From Escherichia phage ph0011: a stretch of DNA of 64,000 bases. Numbering within the stretch: position 1 is the first letter of the stretch; every line of letters begins with the position of its first letter. Position numbers and translations under genes: made by a program. Shown piece after piece: positions 27,242 through 37,673 of this stretch. Location of the stretch: the sequence record OP557969.1; one strand, 5' to 3'. The notes under the pieces are model-generated. The model was not told the origin of the DNA. It did no database searches and was given only the letters and a program-made list of their open reading frames with translations.

Positions 27242-30200
27242 TTAAGCGGTACGTTGAGCAATAAACATATCTGCTACTGAACTTACACCATCGTAAATTA
27301 CCTGATAGATAGTTACAGAGTTTGCAGTTTTATTTAGAGTCCCATCAACAACAGCATATGTACCATCAGTAGTAAAGTTTCTATTACCAGTTGCATCTTG
27401 TTTAACATAAATGTATACTGATGATGCTTTTCCACCACCGATTAGACCAGTGATTGGTGCTAGAGTAGTATCTTGATCAAGAGTGATGAAGTATACGTTG
27501 CTAGTACCGTCAGGGGTCCAAGTACCATTCGGTGCAATAACAGAGGAAGTTACTTTACTTGGAATAACATCATACTTTTTGGTAGTTACGGTTGTAGTGG
27601 CGAGTTCTGCGTTGGTTGTAGTTAACTTACCAGTAACAGTTACTTCTTTATCAAACACCGCATTTTCTTTGAAAGTTGGTGTTGAATTAACAGTTAGTGT
27701 GTCAGTATTAGTATTACCTAAAACCACACTACCACTTGCTGTCATCAAACCAGAAACAGTTAGTGTACCACCAATAGTTGCATTACCAGTTACTGATGCA
27801 CTAGCAAGTGTAGCTGCACCAGATGTAGTTATTGTTGTAACAGATGCTGCCTCTAGTGTGGTTGCACCAGTTGCGGTAAGTTTACCATCAACTACTAGAT
27901 CACCAGTTACGGATGCACCACCGGACATTGTTACTGCCCCACCGAATGAACCAGTTGTAATTACTTCAAGTGTGTTACCTTTTAGTAATTCAGTTGCTGT
28001 GATACTTGTACCAGCGGTAATGCTTGTACCCGCAGAAACAGTATTAGTTGCAGTTAAGGACTTCACAGCTACATCAGAGTTAGCTTGGTTAAGTTTAGCA
28101 TTTAGAGTACCTGTTACTGTGAAGTCACCGTTGTTAACAACATTACCATTGATAGTTAGATTGTTATTTTGTGAACCGACATCACCAATTGTTGCTGATT
28201 TAGAAATTAACTCAGCACCAGCGGTAATGTTGCCAGCAGCACTGATATTGTTTGCTGCAACAACTGCATAAGGTTCAATTGTTTGACCACTAACATCAAT
28301 ATCTGCGTTAATACCACCATCAACACGCAAAGAACCAGCAATATATGTATTAGGGAAAATCTGAACAGTTTCAGTGTGTTCACCGACCTGTGTACCAACA
28401 ATAACATTAGATCCAGTTTTCACTGCACCAGAAGTTGTTAGAGAACCTACTGTTGCTTTGCCAGTAACACCTAGTGTACCGCCAACAGTTGCATTATTAG
28501 TTACTGCCAATGCTGTTCCTTCACCATTCAGTGTAATTGATGGAGCAGTTGCTTTACCAGTTACATCTAGTGTACCACCAACAGTTGCATTACCATCTGA
28601 ATGTATTGTTGTTGCAACAGAAAGACTGTTTGCAATTACATCCGCACCAGTCAAATCCAATGCACCTGGTGTTAATGTACCAGTAATGTTAACATTATTA
28701 CCAAAGGTTGCTGCACCAGTTACATCTAGTGTAGTGCTAAATGTACCAGAAGTTGCAGAGATTGCACCAGATTCAAGTGAACCAACAGTGGTTTTTCCAG
28801 TTACACCCAGTGTACCACCAACTGTTCCATTTGTTGTAACTTCTAGTGTTCCAGTACTTAGATCTTTTGCTGTCACTTTACCAGATGCGTTAACAGTTGT
28901 TGTTGTAACACCACCACTTAGGGTGCTTGTCCCAGTAACACTGAGTGTTTTTGCTGCACTAACGCTGTTTACAGTAAGATCAGCACCTGATAGGTCTAAA
29001 CCACCTTCAGGAATAAAATTACCCTTAACTGTTAGTTGTTGAACAGTACTGTCACCAGTTACATCTAGTGTAGAAGCAGTCAAACCACCATTCATACTTG
29101 CTGCACCAGTAACATCTAGTGTAGTTGTTACAGTTGCACTGTTTAGTGTGGAGCTACCGGAAATATTAGCACTAGGTGCAGTAATAGATCCTTTTACAAC
29201 TTGTACATCACCCGCAACAACATCAATACCACCAGCATTAACTGTTAGTTTTTCAGCAGTATTCAACGTACTTGAAATTGTTGTTGCACCAGTTAAGGTT
29301 GTAGTTCCAGCTACACTTATGTTTCCAGAGATAGATGGATTACCTGTAATGTCACCAGTAGTGAGAACCAATTCAGTACCTACAGTAGTAGAACCAGTAC
29401 TTTCTAGTGTTACACCAACGATGTTTGCAGAACTTAGGTTAATAGTACCATCAACAGTTAAGTTACCGTGAACGGTCGCATCACCAAGTGAATTTAATGT
29501 TTTCACTGAAACATCAGTTTTACTAAGGTCAATTACACCCGCAGTAAGTGTTCCAGATACTGCCAAATTACCAGTTATTGCTGTATTTTTAGTAATAGAT
29601 ACTGTTTCTGATGCTGACGTAATGGAGCCAGCAGTAAGTGCCCCACCAATGGTTGCATTGTTAGTTACGGTTAACGCTGTTTCTTCACCAGATAGTGTTA
29701 AAGAAATACCATTCATTTCACCAGTAATATTTGCCGATGCCGCAGAAATATCACCAGCAACTACCGCATTTGTTGCGTTTAGGGTTGTTGTGGTAATTTC
29801 AGTACTTTTCACTTTAGGTAGTGCGTTGATACCATCTTTACTATTAACTGTAATAATACCAGAACTTGTTAGAGATTTAACAGAAACATCTGCACCACTT
29901 AAGTTAACTGTACCAGAAACAACTAGATCGCCACCAATATTAGCTCCTTCTGTTGTAGTGATTGATTTTGCATTAACTTCAGTGTTACTCAAATCAATTG
30001 CACCAGGTGATACAGTTCCAGAAACTGTGAGATTACCAGTAACTGTAGTATCATTAGAAATAGATACGCCATCATCATTGCTAATTGTTGGGGTTTCAAT
30101 TGTAACAGCTTTAACTTTACCAGAAGAAGTCATGTCAGCAACAGTAGATGCACCAGTGACCTTTAGATTAGTAATATTTGCAGTAGTTGAGCCAAGTGTA

Positions 30201-32746
30201 GTAATCGTACCATCAGTACTTTCTAGTTTAGGAAGAACACTAGCAATAGAAGATTCGTTACTAACAATTGCACCAGTACTAGTTAAAGATTTGACAGTAA
30301 CATCAGCCGTAGTAAGATCTACTGTACCATTAACAGTTAGGTTACCACCAATAGTTGCACCAGCAGTAGTAGTAATGGATTTAGCATTAACATCAGTTGT
30401 TGCTAGATCGATAGAACCTGGAATAACTGCACCAGTAACGGTTAGGTCACCAGTTACATTTGTATTATTGGAAATAGTGACACCACTTGCATTTGAAATG
30501 GTTGGGGTAACCAACGATGCAGTTGTAGTTTCACCAGTTACAGTTAAAGTTGACCCAACTAGAACAGATGAGCTTGAGTAAATTGTACCCAAATTAGCAG
30601 ATCCGGTAACAGTTATATCATCAGCATTAACAGTAGTTGTCGTTATGGTAGTACTATTAAGTACTGGAAGTACGTTAGCATTAACAAGATCATTACTTTT
30701 AACAATACCAGAAGTAGTTAATGATTTAACATTAAGGTTGGCTGCTGATAAATCAAAAGAGCCTTGAACTACTAAATCACCACCAATAGTTGCACCAGCA
30801 GTAGTAGTGATTGATTTAGCATTAATATCGGTAGTGCTCAAGTCTAGAGAACCAACAGTTAAGCTACCAGTAATATCAACATTTTCGGTGAAGTTAGTAT
30901 CACCACTAATAGTTGGTGCAGTAAGATTTGTTGCACTAATATTAGTACCGTTAATTGTTTGCCCACTTACAGTTCCACTCGCAGTGATAGTAGGAGCCGT
31001 TACTTCAGTAGATGCACTAATTGTTGGTGCAGATACAGAAGTTGTACCAGTAATAGTACCAGAACTTACTGAACCAGCGGATAATGCACCAGAAAGAGTT
31101 GCAGTTGTACCAGCAATATCACCAGTAACAGTTAGTTTAGCACCCACGGTAGTGTTACCAGTACTTTCAAGTGTTGCACCTTTAATATTTGCTGCCGCGA
31201 CAACAGAATTAGGTGTTAGATCTTGACCACTAACATCAACAGTTAGTCCAGTTACTGTTCCAGTAAATTCAACATCATTAAGAATTGCCTTACCACCAAC
31301 TGTAAGGTATGGTGTACTTGGGTCTTGAGTATCGTTACCAGTGATAGTTAGATAATCTAGTTTGTTTAGGCCGTTACCAGTAATACCATAAGAAGATAGT
31401 GATGCATTACCAAAGGTAGCAGTTTTAAGTACTTTCAATGTTGCTGGGGAAACCAACTCAGATTGAACTTCATTAGGTAAAATAACGGTTGGACGTTTAT
31501 CTTGTGCGGTATACGCAAAACCTAGTTTCACAGCAGAATCTTGTGAATTTTGACCTAAACTAATAGCTTTAAAAGAAGCAGTACCGTTTAAACCAGTAAT
31601 ATTAGATCCTAGTGTAACACCACCAACTAAAGAAGACGCACCCTTTATATTTAAAGTGTTTGCATCAATATCATCAAGTTGGAAATCACCACCAAATGTA
31701 CCGGAAACATTAATATTATTAAAATTAGCAGTACCAGTACTTTCAATATCTGGAATGGTTGCTGTTCCAGTAACCTCAAAATCAGCAACTTTAGTTTTAC
31801 CTTTTGTCACTTCTAGAAGTGGGGTGTCAGGTGATTGTGTATCGTTACCAGAAACGGTTAGATAATCTAGTTTGTTTAGACCATTACCAGTAATACCATA
31901 AGAAGACAATGATGCATTACCAAAAGTAGCAGAAGTTAAAACTGTCAATTTAGCAGGTGACATTAATTCAGATTGAATTTCATTTTGTAGAATTACTGTT
32001 GGACGTTTATCAGGAGCACTGTAAGGGAAGCTCAATCTGGAGGTTTGTGATTCAGAGTCGGTTCCGATACGGATATCTTTAAATGTAGCAGTGCTATTAA
32101 TACCAGTTACGTTAGCACCAAAAGTTACCGCACCTTTTTGATTAGATGCACCAGTAACATTCAATGTTTCAGCGTTTAAATCAGAAAGATTAAACTCGCC
32201 ACCTAGTGTACCACTAATATTCACATCTTGAAACTCAGCAGTGCCAGTACTAGTAATGTCAGTTGCGGTAATAGTTGTAATTTCTGCGGAATTGGAAGTA
32301 ATTTTATCAAAAGCAGCGGTTGTACCAACCTCAGCAGATAAGTCCCCTTTAAGTGTTGTTTCTCCCACAACTTCTAAGCTTTTTACTTTAGTTGATTGTA
32401 GTGTGGTTGAACCAGCAGTTTGTGAAAAATCACTACCCACCGACACAGTACCGTTAAACGTAGCACTTGAATTGATTGTTACTGTATCAGAACCACCATC
32501 TGCACTGCCGATTGTGGTATTTCCAGTAATATCAAGGCCACCACTTAATGTTGCTTTACCACCAACATCTAAAGTAGAGTTGATGATAGCTGTTTCAGTT
32601 TCAATAGCAGTAAATGTTGCGTTTGCAAAAGAGATACTACCATCTACTCTTAGGTTATTCTTGATTACTGCATTACCTTTGACTAATAGATCCTTACCAA
32701 CTGTTCCAGCACCAGTAATATCTAAGTCAGTTTTTATTGAGTACAT
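27242..32746 (-). CDS. long tail fibre protein
   Basis: 1834 aa; GGAGGG RBS; extreme T/S/G/N/V composition typical of beta-structured fibres; large internal tandem duplications. Confidence 0.75.
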   Translation of the reverse strand: MYSIKTDLDITGAGTVGKDLLVKGNAVIKNNLRVDGSISFANATFTAIETETAIINSTLDVGGKATLSGGLDITGNTTIGSADGGSDTVTINSSATFNGTVSVGSDFSQTAGSTTLQSTKVKSLEVVGETTLKGDLSAEVGTTAAFDKITSNSAEITTITATDITSTGTAEFQDVNISGTLGGEFNLSDLNAETLNVTGASNQKGAVTFGANVTGINSTATFKDIRIGTDSESQTSRLSFPYSAPDKRPTVILQNEIQSELMSPAKLTVLTSATFGNASLSSYGITGNGLNKLDYLTVSGNDTQSPDTPLLEVTKGKTKVADFEVTGTATIPDIESTGTANFNNINVSGTFGGDFQLDDIDANTLNIKGASSLVGGVTLGSNITGLNGTASFKAISLGQNSQDSAVKLGFAYTAQDKRPTVILPNEVQSELVSPATLKVLKTATFGNASLSSYGITGNGLNKLDYLTITGNDTQDPSTPYLTVGGKAILNDVEFTGTVTGLTVDVSGQDLTPNSVVAAANIKGATLESTGNTTVGAKLTVTGDIAGTTATLSGALSAGSVSSGTITGTTSVSAPTISASTEVTAPTITASGTVSGQTINGTNISATNLTAPTISGDTNFTENVDITGSLTVGSLDLSTTDINAKSITTTAGATIGGDLVVQGSFDLSAANLNVKSLTTSGIVKSNDLVNANVLPVLNSTTITTTTVNADDITVTGSANLGTIYSSSSVLVGSTLTVTGETTTASLVTPTISNASGVTISNNTNVTGDLTVTGAVIPGSIDLATTDVNAKSITTTAGATIGGNLTVNGTVDLTTADVTVKSLTSTGAIVSNESSIASVLPKLESTDGTITTLGSTTANITNLKVTGASTVADMTSSGKVKAVTIETPTISNDDGVSISNDTTVTGNLTVSGTVSPGAIDLSNTEVNAKSITTTEGANIGGDLVVSGTVNLSGADVSVKSLTSSGIITVNSKDGINALPKVKSTEITTTTLNATNAVVAGDISAASANITGEMNGISLTLSGEETALTVTNNATIGGALTAGSITSASETVSITKNTAITGNLAVSGTLTAGVIDLSKTDVSVKTLNSLGDATVHGNLTVDGTINLSSANIVGVTLESTGSTTVGTELVLTTGDITGNPSISGNISVAGTTTLTGATTISSTLNTAEKLTVNAGGIDVVAGDVQVVKGSITAPSANISGSSTLNSATVTTTLDVTGAASMNGGLTASTLDVTGDSTVQQLTVKGNFIPEGGLDLSGADLTVNSVSAAKTLSVTGTSTLSGGVTTTTVNASGKVTAKDLSTGTLEVTTNGTVGGTLGVTGKTTVGSLESGAISATSGTFSTTLDVTGAATFGNNVNITGTLTPGALDLTGADVIANSLSVATTIHSDGNATVGGTLDVTGKATAPSITLNGEGTALAVTNNATVGGTLGVTGKATVGSLTTSGAVKTGSNVIVGTQVGEHTETVQIFPNTYIAGSLRVDGGINADIDVSGQTIEPYAVVAANNISAAGNITAGAELISKSATIGDVGSQNNNLTINGNVVNNGDFTVTGTLNAKLNQANSDVAVKSLTATNTVSAGTSITAGTSITATELLKGNTLEVITTGSFGGAVTMSGGASVTGDLVVDGKLTATGATTLEAASVTTITTSGAATLASASVTGNATIGGTLTVSGLMTASGSVVLGNTNTDTLTVNSTPTFKENAVFDKEVTVTGKLTTTNAELATTTVTTKKYDVIPSKVTSSVIAPNGTWTPDGTSNVYFITLDQDTTLAPITGLIGGGKASSVYIYVKQDATGNRNFTTDGTYAVVDGTLNKTANSVTIYQVIYDGVSSVADMFIAQRTA
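29400..30900 (-). repeat. intragenic tandem repeat array, about 4 units of ~435 bp
   Basis: Protein units of ~145 aa each containing D(I/V)NAKSITTT.GA.IGG..V...V.L..A.V.VKSLT; matching DNA near 29930, 30370 and 30800; boundaries approximate. Confidence 0.5.
31250..32260 (-). repeat. intragenic tandem duplication, two units of ~510 bp
   Basis: Protein segments ~aa 162-330 and 331-500 highly similar (KRPTVIL.NE.QSEL.SPA.L.VL..ATFGNASLSSYGITGNGLNKLDYLT); DNA copies recognisable by eye; boundaries approximate. Confidence 0.55.
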
Positions 32747-32821
32747 TTATACCCTCCGTTGGAGCCTTGTTAATATGTATATATTTAGTTTAATTTAACT
32801 GATATCCAATATTTTATAAAA

Positions 32822-32853
32822 TAAAAAACCAGACTTATTTGAATAAGCCCGGT
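32822..32853 (-). terminator. terminator-like hairpin (minus strand)
   Basis: Imperfect hairpin followed by T-run on the minus strand, just downstream of stop at 32863. Confidence 0.35.
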
Positions 32854-32862
32854 TTAATTTTA

Positions 32863-33759
32863 TTACTTACCAGAGATAACAATCTTCCCACTGAATGCAA
32901 CATCAGAAGTAAAGATCACGTCACCAGTATTGCTAATTTGTGTATCAGTTATTACCAATTCAAATGGTGAGGATGCAACACTACCAGGTGTTTTATTTGC
33001 ATAAATCGAAACATACAAATTGTCTGGTGATTGTTTGTGTTCAGATGCTGAAATCGTGATGATGAACACATCGTTATTAGAAATCCAATCTGCTTGGTTT
33101 ACTAATTTACTATAAGGTACTGTCATTGTTGTTGCTCCTATAATGTTTACTTTAACATTTGCATAATCTGTAATTTTACCAATTACATCTATTGTGATAT
33201 CACCAGTGCCGCTTACTACTACAGAGGTTTGAAATACGGAATCCAATGTTATACTACCATGAGGATCACCCTGTAGTTGTACCATGATATCAGGACCACG
33301 CCCATGTACAGATGCTGGAAGGGTGTATGTGTAATGGTCGGTAGTATCTGAAACTAATGTAAATGAAGATACTGGTATAGTTTCAGTTGTTACATATGGA
33401 CTATCAGTTTCATGTGAACTACCTTTGAATGATTTCCAAATACCAAGATCTTTAATATAAATTTGAAGAACATTAGTTTCATCAACTAAAAAATACAAAT
33501 CACCATCTAACCCAATAGTTTCATCCGGTGCACTGGTTCCACGCAAAATACCAGAACTCCCACCACTATGTGCGTTTAGATATCCTAACGTAACCAGGTG
33601 TGTGTCAGCGGTCGGTTCACCTGCTGAAATTGGAAGAAGTTTTGTTCCTGAGTAGTTTTGTATTTGCACAACACTACCATTTGTGGTAATCTGTGCACCA
33701 TTCTTCCCAAGAATGAAGGACTTCTTCATGGTTCCTTCTAAATTAGAAAAAACTGCCAT
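32863..33759 (-). CDS. short tailspike/fibre protein with shared N-terminal anchor domain
   Basis: 298 aa; N-terminus MAVFSNLEGTMKKSFILGKNGAQI nearly identical to that of the upstream 713-aa tailspike; GGAG RBS. Confidence 0.65.
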   Translation of the reverse strand: MAVFSNLEGTMKKSFILGKNGAQITTNGSVVQIQNYSGTKLLPISAGEPTADTHLVTLGYLNAHSGGSSGILRGTSAPDETIGLDGDLYFLVDETNVLQIYIKDLGIWKSFKGSSHETDSPYVTTETIPVSSFTLVSDTTDHYTYTLPASVHGRGPDIMVQLQGDPHGSITLDSVFQTSVVVSGTGDITIDVIGKITDYANVKVNIIGATTMTVPYSKLVNQADWISNNDVFIITISASEHKQSPDNLYVSIYANKTPGSVASSPFELVITDTQISNTGDVIFTSDVAFSGKIVISGK

Positions 33760-33775
33760 TTTAATTTAATCTCCT

Positions 33776-35917
33776 TTATGGTAGGGTTATGTACGTTACT
33801 GGTTGGGCGGCTTTTAATGATGCACCAGCGGCAGTTGCTGTTATGATGGGATCTGCAATATCAATTCTATATACGTTATTAACAACATATACTGCACGAG
33901 TTATATACGTTTTCAAATCATCACCATTTTCTCCAGCACCAGATATGATGATCTCAGTTCCCGCCGCTTTTGCATATTGGTTATCACCCCATGACACACC
34001 CAATGCTTCTATGTACGTTTGTCCTACTACCGTTTGTCTAATTGTGTCATATTTTCCAAAAAATGAACCACCCACTGTTACAATATATTTTCCACCTGAT
34101 TTTTTATGTATAATCGTTCCTTCTGGGAAGTATCTTCCACCAGGGAAAGTATCATATGGAATATAATATTGTTCAACTACAGGTATTAGAACTGGGCCAC
34201 GATGACCAGTACCGTCAATAGCAGTTGTTACTTTAAAATTATTAGATGATTGGTCGATTCTATCTACGTACATTTTAGAAAAACTATATTTTGAAACATT
34301 ACAATCATCTTGAACAACACAGTTAGTCCAATTAGTATAAGTATATTTAGAGCGAGTATACATTCCCCCACCCTCACCTTCAGTGGAAAGGTGTTGTCCT
34401 ATTACATCTAATTCTTTTGTTCTGATATCACTAAACTTAGATGAAGATGGTAGACCACGCCAAAGAATTTTAGAACAAGTGATATTACTTAATTCTGTAC
34501 TATTCAGCCAATTATCAGAACCAGAAGTATAAACGAATACGGAAGACTCTGGTATATAGAGATTGGAAATTTTAAAGTTTCTAGGTGGTCCAGCAAATCG
34601 ACCAGCAGTTACCCCCCAGTTAATAGATACCATACGGTTTGTGATTGTAGGATCATTAAGTAAATGTCCGGTTAAACCATCAATTACAAACTCTTTTGAG
34701 CCATAAGTTATCACACCAGCAGTTGTTAATCCAGTACCAACTGAAATTAGAGATGATGGATACACTTCGTTATCAAGTATTTTAAAGTCCATTCCCAATT
34801 CAACATGGATACATTGTCTAACATTATAAATTCTATTGTTCTTAATAACAAAGTTTCTAACGTATTGGGTATCAGGTGCATCCAGACCATAAGGACCAGA
34901 ACCCGCAACACCAATACCGATACCCCAGTTTGAAAGTGGGATTGGTGCATCTGAACCATCAACGTTTTCAATGATATTACCTTCGATTACAAAACCATCA
35001 GGATAATGTGAGTTAATAACGTTTAATTCTATTGCATCACCATATATATCATGAATATGGTTGTAAGAATAACGCCCCACTTTCATTTTCTCACCAGTTC
35101 CTTGCTGAAGAACGCCATATTTACATTTGGTCATTTCATTAAAGCAAAAATCTATTGTTCCTGGTTGGGTCATACCTTGCATCAAAAACGCGGCAGTACT
35201 GGTAATGTTTACAAATTTATTAAAATAAAATTTACCATCCCCACCAAAGAATTTCAAATAACATCCAGTAAGTGTGGTGAATTGAATTTGTGAATTAATA
35301 ACGGATATCATAGTACCACCATTACCAGTAATAGTGCCACCAAACCAAGTTACATCTTCCAAATATACTGCTTTTTTGATACGATAATTACCACCTGCTT
35401 GAATTTGTATTTTATTTTCTTTGGCATAAGTTGCACACAAATTTACAGCTTCAGTGTCATCGGTTTCCCCATCTCCTTTCGCACCAAATTCTTCTGGTGT
35501 TATATAGAACTGTGCTTGTTGAACTGTGCCACCAGTAATAAGGCCAATGAAATCACCACCATTTTTACTTGATAGTACTTTTTTATTAATGTATAGTGAT
35601 TTAATCCATGTGCCATTTGTTTTTACGAAAATATCAACAATACCATCTTCATCAATTTGAAAATAAGTGTTATTGTTTTTTCCAATATCACCAGACGGTG
35701 GTTGAACGCCAAATAAGGCATTTGGATTATCTTCAAGGTATCTAACATTAACTGCTGAATCTTGGTCTGATGGTGTTCCTATCTTTAGTGGTAGAAACTT
35801 TTCACCGAGATAATCTTTTATCGATACGGAATCATTGACGAAATTTATCGAAGCACCATTTTTACCCAATATCATTTTTGGTTTCATGGTTCCTTCAAAA
35901 TTAGAAAATACTGCCAT
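33776..35917 (-). CDS. tailspike protein (beta-helix, depolymerase candidate) with shared N-terminal anchor domain
   Basis: 713 aa; N-terminus MAVFSNFEGTMKPKMILGKNGASI; central region with motifs like NNRIYNVRQCIHVE and repetitive G/N-rich turns suggestive of a right-handed beta-helix; GGGGG RBS. Confidence 0.65.
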   Translation of the reverse strand: MAVFSNFEGTMKPKMILGKNGASINFVNDSVSIKDYLGEKFLPLKIGTPSDQDSAVNVRYLEDNPNALFGVQPPSGDIGKNNNTYFQIDEDGIVDIFVKTNGTWIKSLYINKKVLSSKNGGDFIGLITGGTVQQAQFYITPEEFGAKGDGETDDTEAVNLCATYAKENKIQIQAGGNYRIKKAVYLEDVTWFGGTITGNGGTMISVINSQIQFTTLTGCYLKFFGGDGKFYFNKFVNITSTAAFLMQGMTQPGTIDFCFNEMTKCKYGVLQQGTGEKMKVGRYSYNHIHDIYGDAIELNVINSHYPDGFVIEGNIIENVDGSDAPIPLSNWGIGIGVAGSGPYGLDAPDTQYVRNFVIKNNRIYNVRQCIHVELGMDFKILDNEVYPSSLISVGTGLTTAGVITYGSKEFVIDGLTGHLLNDPTITNRMVSINWGVTAGRFAGPPRNFKISNLYIPESSVFVYTSGSDNWLNSTELSNITCSKILWRGLPSSSKFSDIRTKELDVIGQHLSTEGEGGGMYTRSKYTYTNWTNCVVQDDCNVSKYSFSKMYVDRIDQSSNNFKVTTAIDGTGHRGPVLIPVVEQYYIPYDTFPGGRYFPEGTIIHKKSGGKYIVTVGGSFFGKYDTIRQTVVGQTYIEALGVSWGDNQYAKAAGTEIIISGAGENGDDLKTYITRAVYVVNNVYRIDIADPIITATAAGASLKAAQPVTYITLP

Positions 35918-35929
35918 TGTGACACCCCC

Positions 35930-37057
35930 TTAAATATTATCTTGAATAGGTTGGACCGGAGCTTGCCACGAAAGAGTACAAATAATTTCCATTTTACCAT
36001 AAGGACTGTTATTAACTGAATCATTGAATACACATGAAATAATTTCATCTACATCTGAAACTTCATGATTTGTTTCATTGACGATAAAACGCATCTGGTT
36101 ATTAATATCAAAGTAGGTTGTTGGTGCAATTACGGTTCCACCAATATTCTCGTTTGCTTCACCACCAAATCGAACAAACATATCAGTTACTGGTTGTGAA
36201 TAAGGTTGTAAAACATTTACATCTATATTAGAAACTACATATCCAGAAGGACAAGTCCCAATAACTAATAGAGCATTAGTCCATGATCTATCAATAACGT
36301 TTCTAATTGTTACAGTATCTTTGCCTGGTGCACCCGGTTCACCTTGCTTACCTTGAATACCTTGTGGACCTTCTTTACCACGGAATAAAATACCACTACT
36401 CCATTCTTTTGATGGTGGGGTGGTAGTTGTTACTTCATCCACATAATAAAGCTTACCATCAGTGTTGTTATAGAAACAATAATCAATTGGGAGGTTTTCA
36501 ATACTTGGAAATTGATCACCACTATCGTCAATATGAAAACGACCACGTGGACCTTGCTCACCACGGAAAGGAATACCATCACTCCATGTAGCTGTTACTT
36601 TTTGATAAAAATATAGTTTACCATCTTGTGTATTGTAAAATGTATAGTTATCAAAAAGACCAGAACTTGGAAAAGTAGTTCCTGCACTATCGATATGAAA
36701 AGGCTTACCAGCTTCACCAGTATCACCTTTACCAAATTCAACACTAGTCCAAGTACTGGTTTCTTCTTGTGCATCATTTGATTTAAAATACAGAGTACTT
36801 GTGTTATTTGCCAAACTAAGATAGCACCAGCCAAGCGGTTCACCAACTTTAAATTTATCAGATGGAACTTCAAAACCAATCTCATTAGGATAAAAGTTTT
36901 TACCGTTCTGACCATTTTGTCCCACAACAAGACCGAGATCTTGAATTGTATTATCTGTATATGTTACAATTAAATGACCAGCATTATTAATAACTAGACT
37001 TTTGATGCCTGAGTTATTACATGAACCACTGGACCCATTGTTAAATGTAATTGTCAT
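35930..37057 (-). CDS. collagen-like repeat tail fibre protein
   Basis: 375 aa; G-x-y triplets (GPQGIQGKQGEPGAPGKD; RGEQGPRGR); AGGGAA RBS; heads the fibre operon. Confidence 0.7.
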   Translation of the reverse strand: MTITFNNGSSGSCNNSGIKSLVINNAGHLIVTYTDNTIQDLGLVVGQNGQNGKNFYPNEIGFEVPSDKFKVGEPLGWCYLSLANNTSTLYFKSNDAQEETSTWTSVEFGKGDTGEAGKPFHIDSAGTTFPSSGLFDNYTFYNTQDGKLYFYQKVTATWSDGIPFRGEQGPRGRFHIDDSGDQFPSIENLPIDYCFYNNTDGKLYYVDEVTTTTPPSKEWSSGILFRGKEGPQGIQGKQGEPGAPGKDTVTIRNVIDRSWTNALLVIGTCPSGYVVSNIDVNVLQPYSQPVTDMFVRFGGEANENIGGTVIAPTTYFDINNQMRFIVNETNHEVSDVDEIISCVFNDSVNNSPYGKMEIICTLSWQAPVQPIQDNI

Positions 37058-37166
37058 AATATTTCCCTTTTATGAGTGAATGTCATATACCAATATTTAT
37101 CAGTACGAAATACATTTCGTCACCATTAATAAATAAATGAAAGTTCACTACTAAAAGGGCTTAACA

Positions 37167-37664
37167 ATGGCATTAAGATCAAAAAACTTTCTTTTTAAAA
37201 GAAAAACAAAAGATGGTTCATGGCAAGATTTTCCTGAATCTGACAGTTGGTATCCAGCCCAATTGGATTATCAATGGAATGAACAAACATTACCACTACC
37301 AAGCGGTGGATATTATGGCAGCACTACAGGTTTGCATACCATTTCATTTACACTACGTAATTTCATTGGAAGAATTTATGTATTAGCAACATTAGCCAGC
37401 AATCCAACAGATGATGATTGGTTCCCAATTAAATTCACTGAAAGTTGTAAATATTATCTAGAATTTACGGATATGGTTATTTTAAATCCAAACGGTGGTG
37501 ATTTGATTAGACAACAAGGAACTACCGGAACATTTGCAGAAACATTAACAGGTAACTTTACATATCTTAAAGTTGGTATTGACCGAGATTATATCAGTAA
37601 GTACCCGTCTGATGTACAAAAAAGTTTAGCAGGTAAACTAGAACAAATTTTAATTAACTACTAA
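37167..37664 (+). CDS. hypothetical protein
   Basis: 165 aa; divergent from the fibre operon; no motif recognised. Confidence 0.55.
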   Translation: MALRSKNFLFKRKTKDGSWQDFPESDSWYPAQLDYQWNEQTLPLPSGGYYGSTTGLHTISFTLRNFIGRIYVLATLASNPTDDDWFPIKFTESCKYYLEFTDMVILNPNGGDLIRQQGTTGTFAETLTGNFTYLKVGIDRDYISKYPSDVQKSLAGKLEQILINY

Positions 37665-37673
37665 GGATTAGAA

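Noticed and set aside
29400-32260. CRISPR array as explanation for repeated DNA in the fibre gene
   Set aside because: Repeat units are hundreds of bp, imperfect and entirely coding; no short direct repeats with unique spacers
27483-32798. Several long plus-strand ORFs (27483..28271, 28374..29042, 29622..30581, 30807..31226, 32241..32798) inside the 1834-aa fibre gene
   Set aside because: They are antisense shadow ORFs of a gene with strongly biased, repetitive codon composition; their products are low-complexity (V/T/P/A-rich) and they have no RBS or start context; the minus-strand frame is far longer and has a proper RBS
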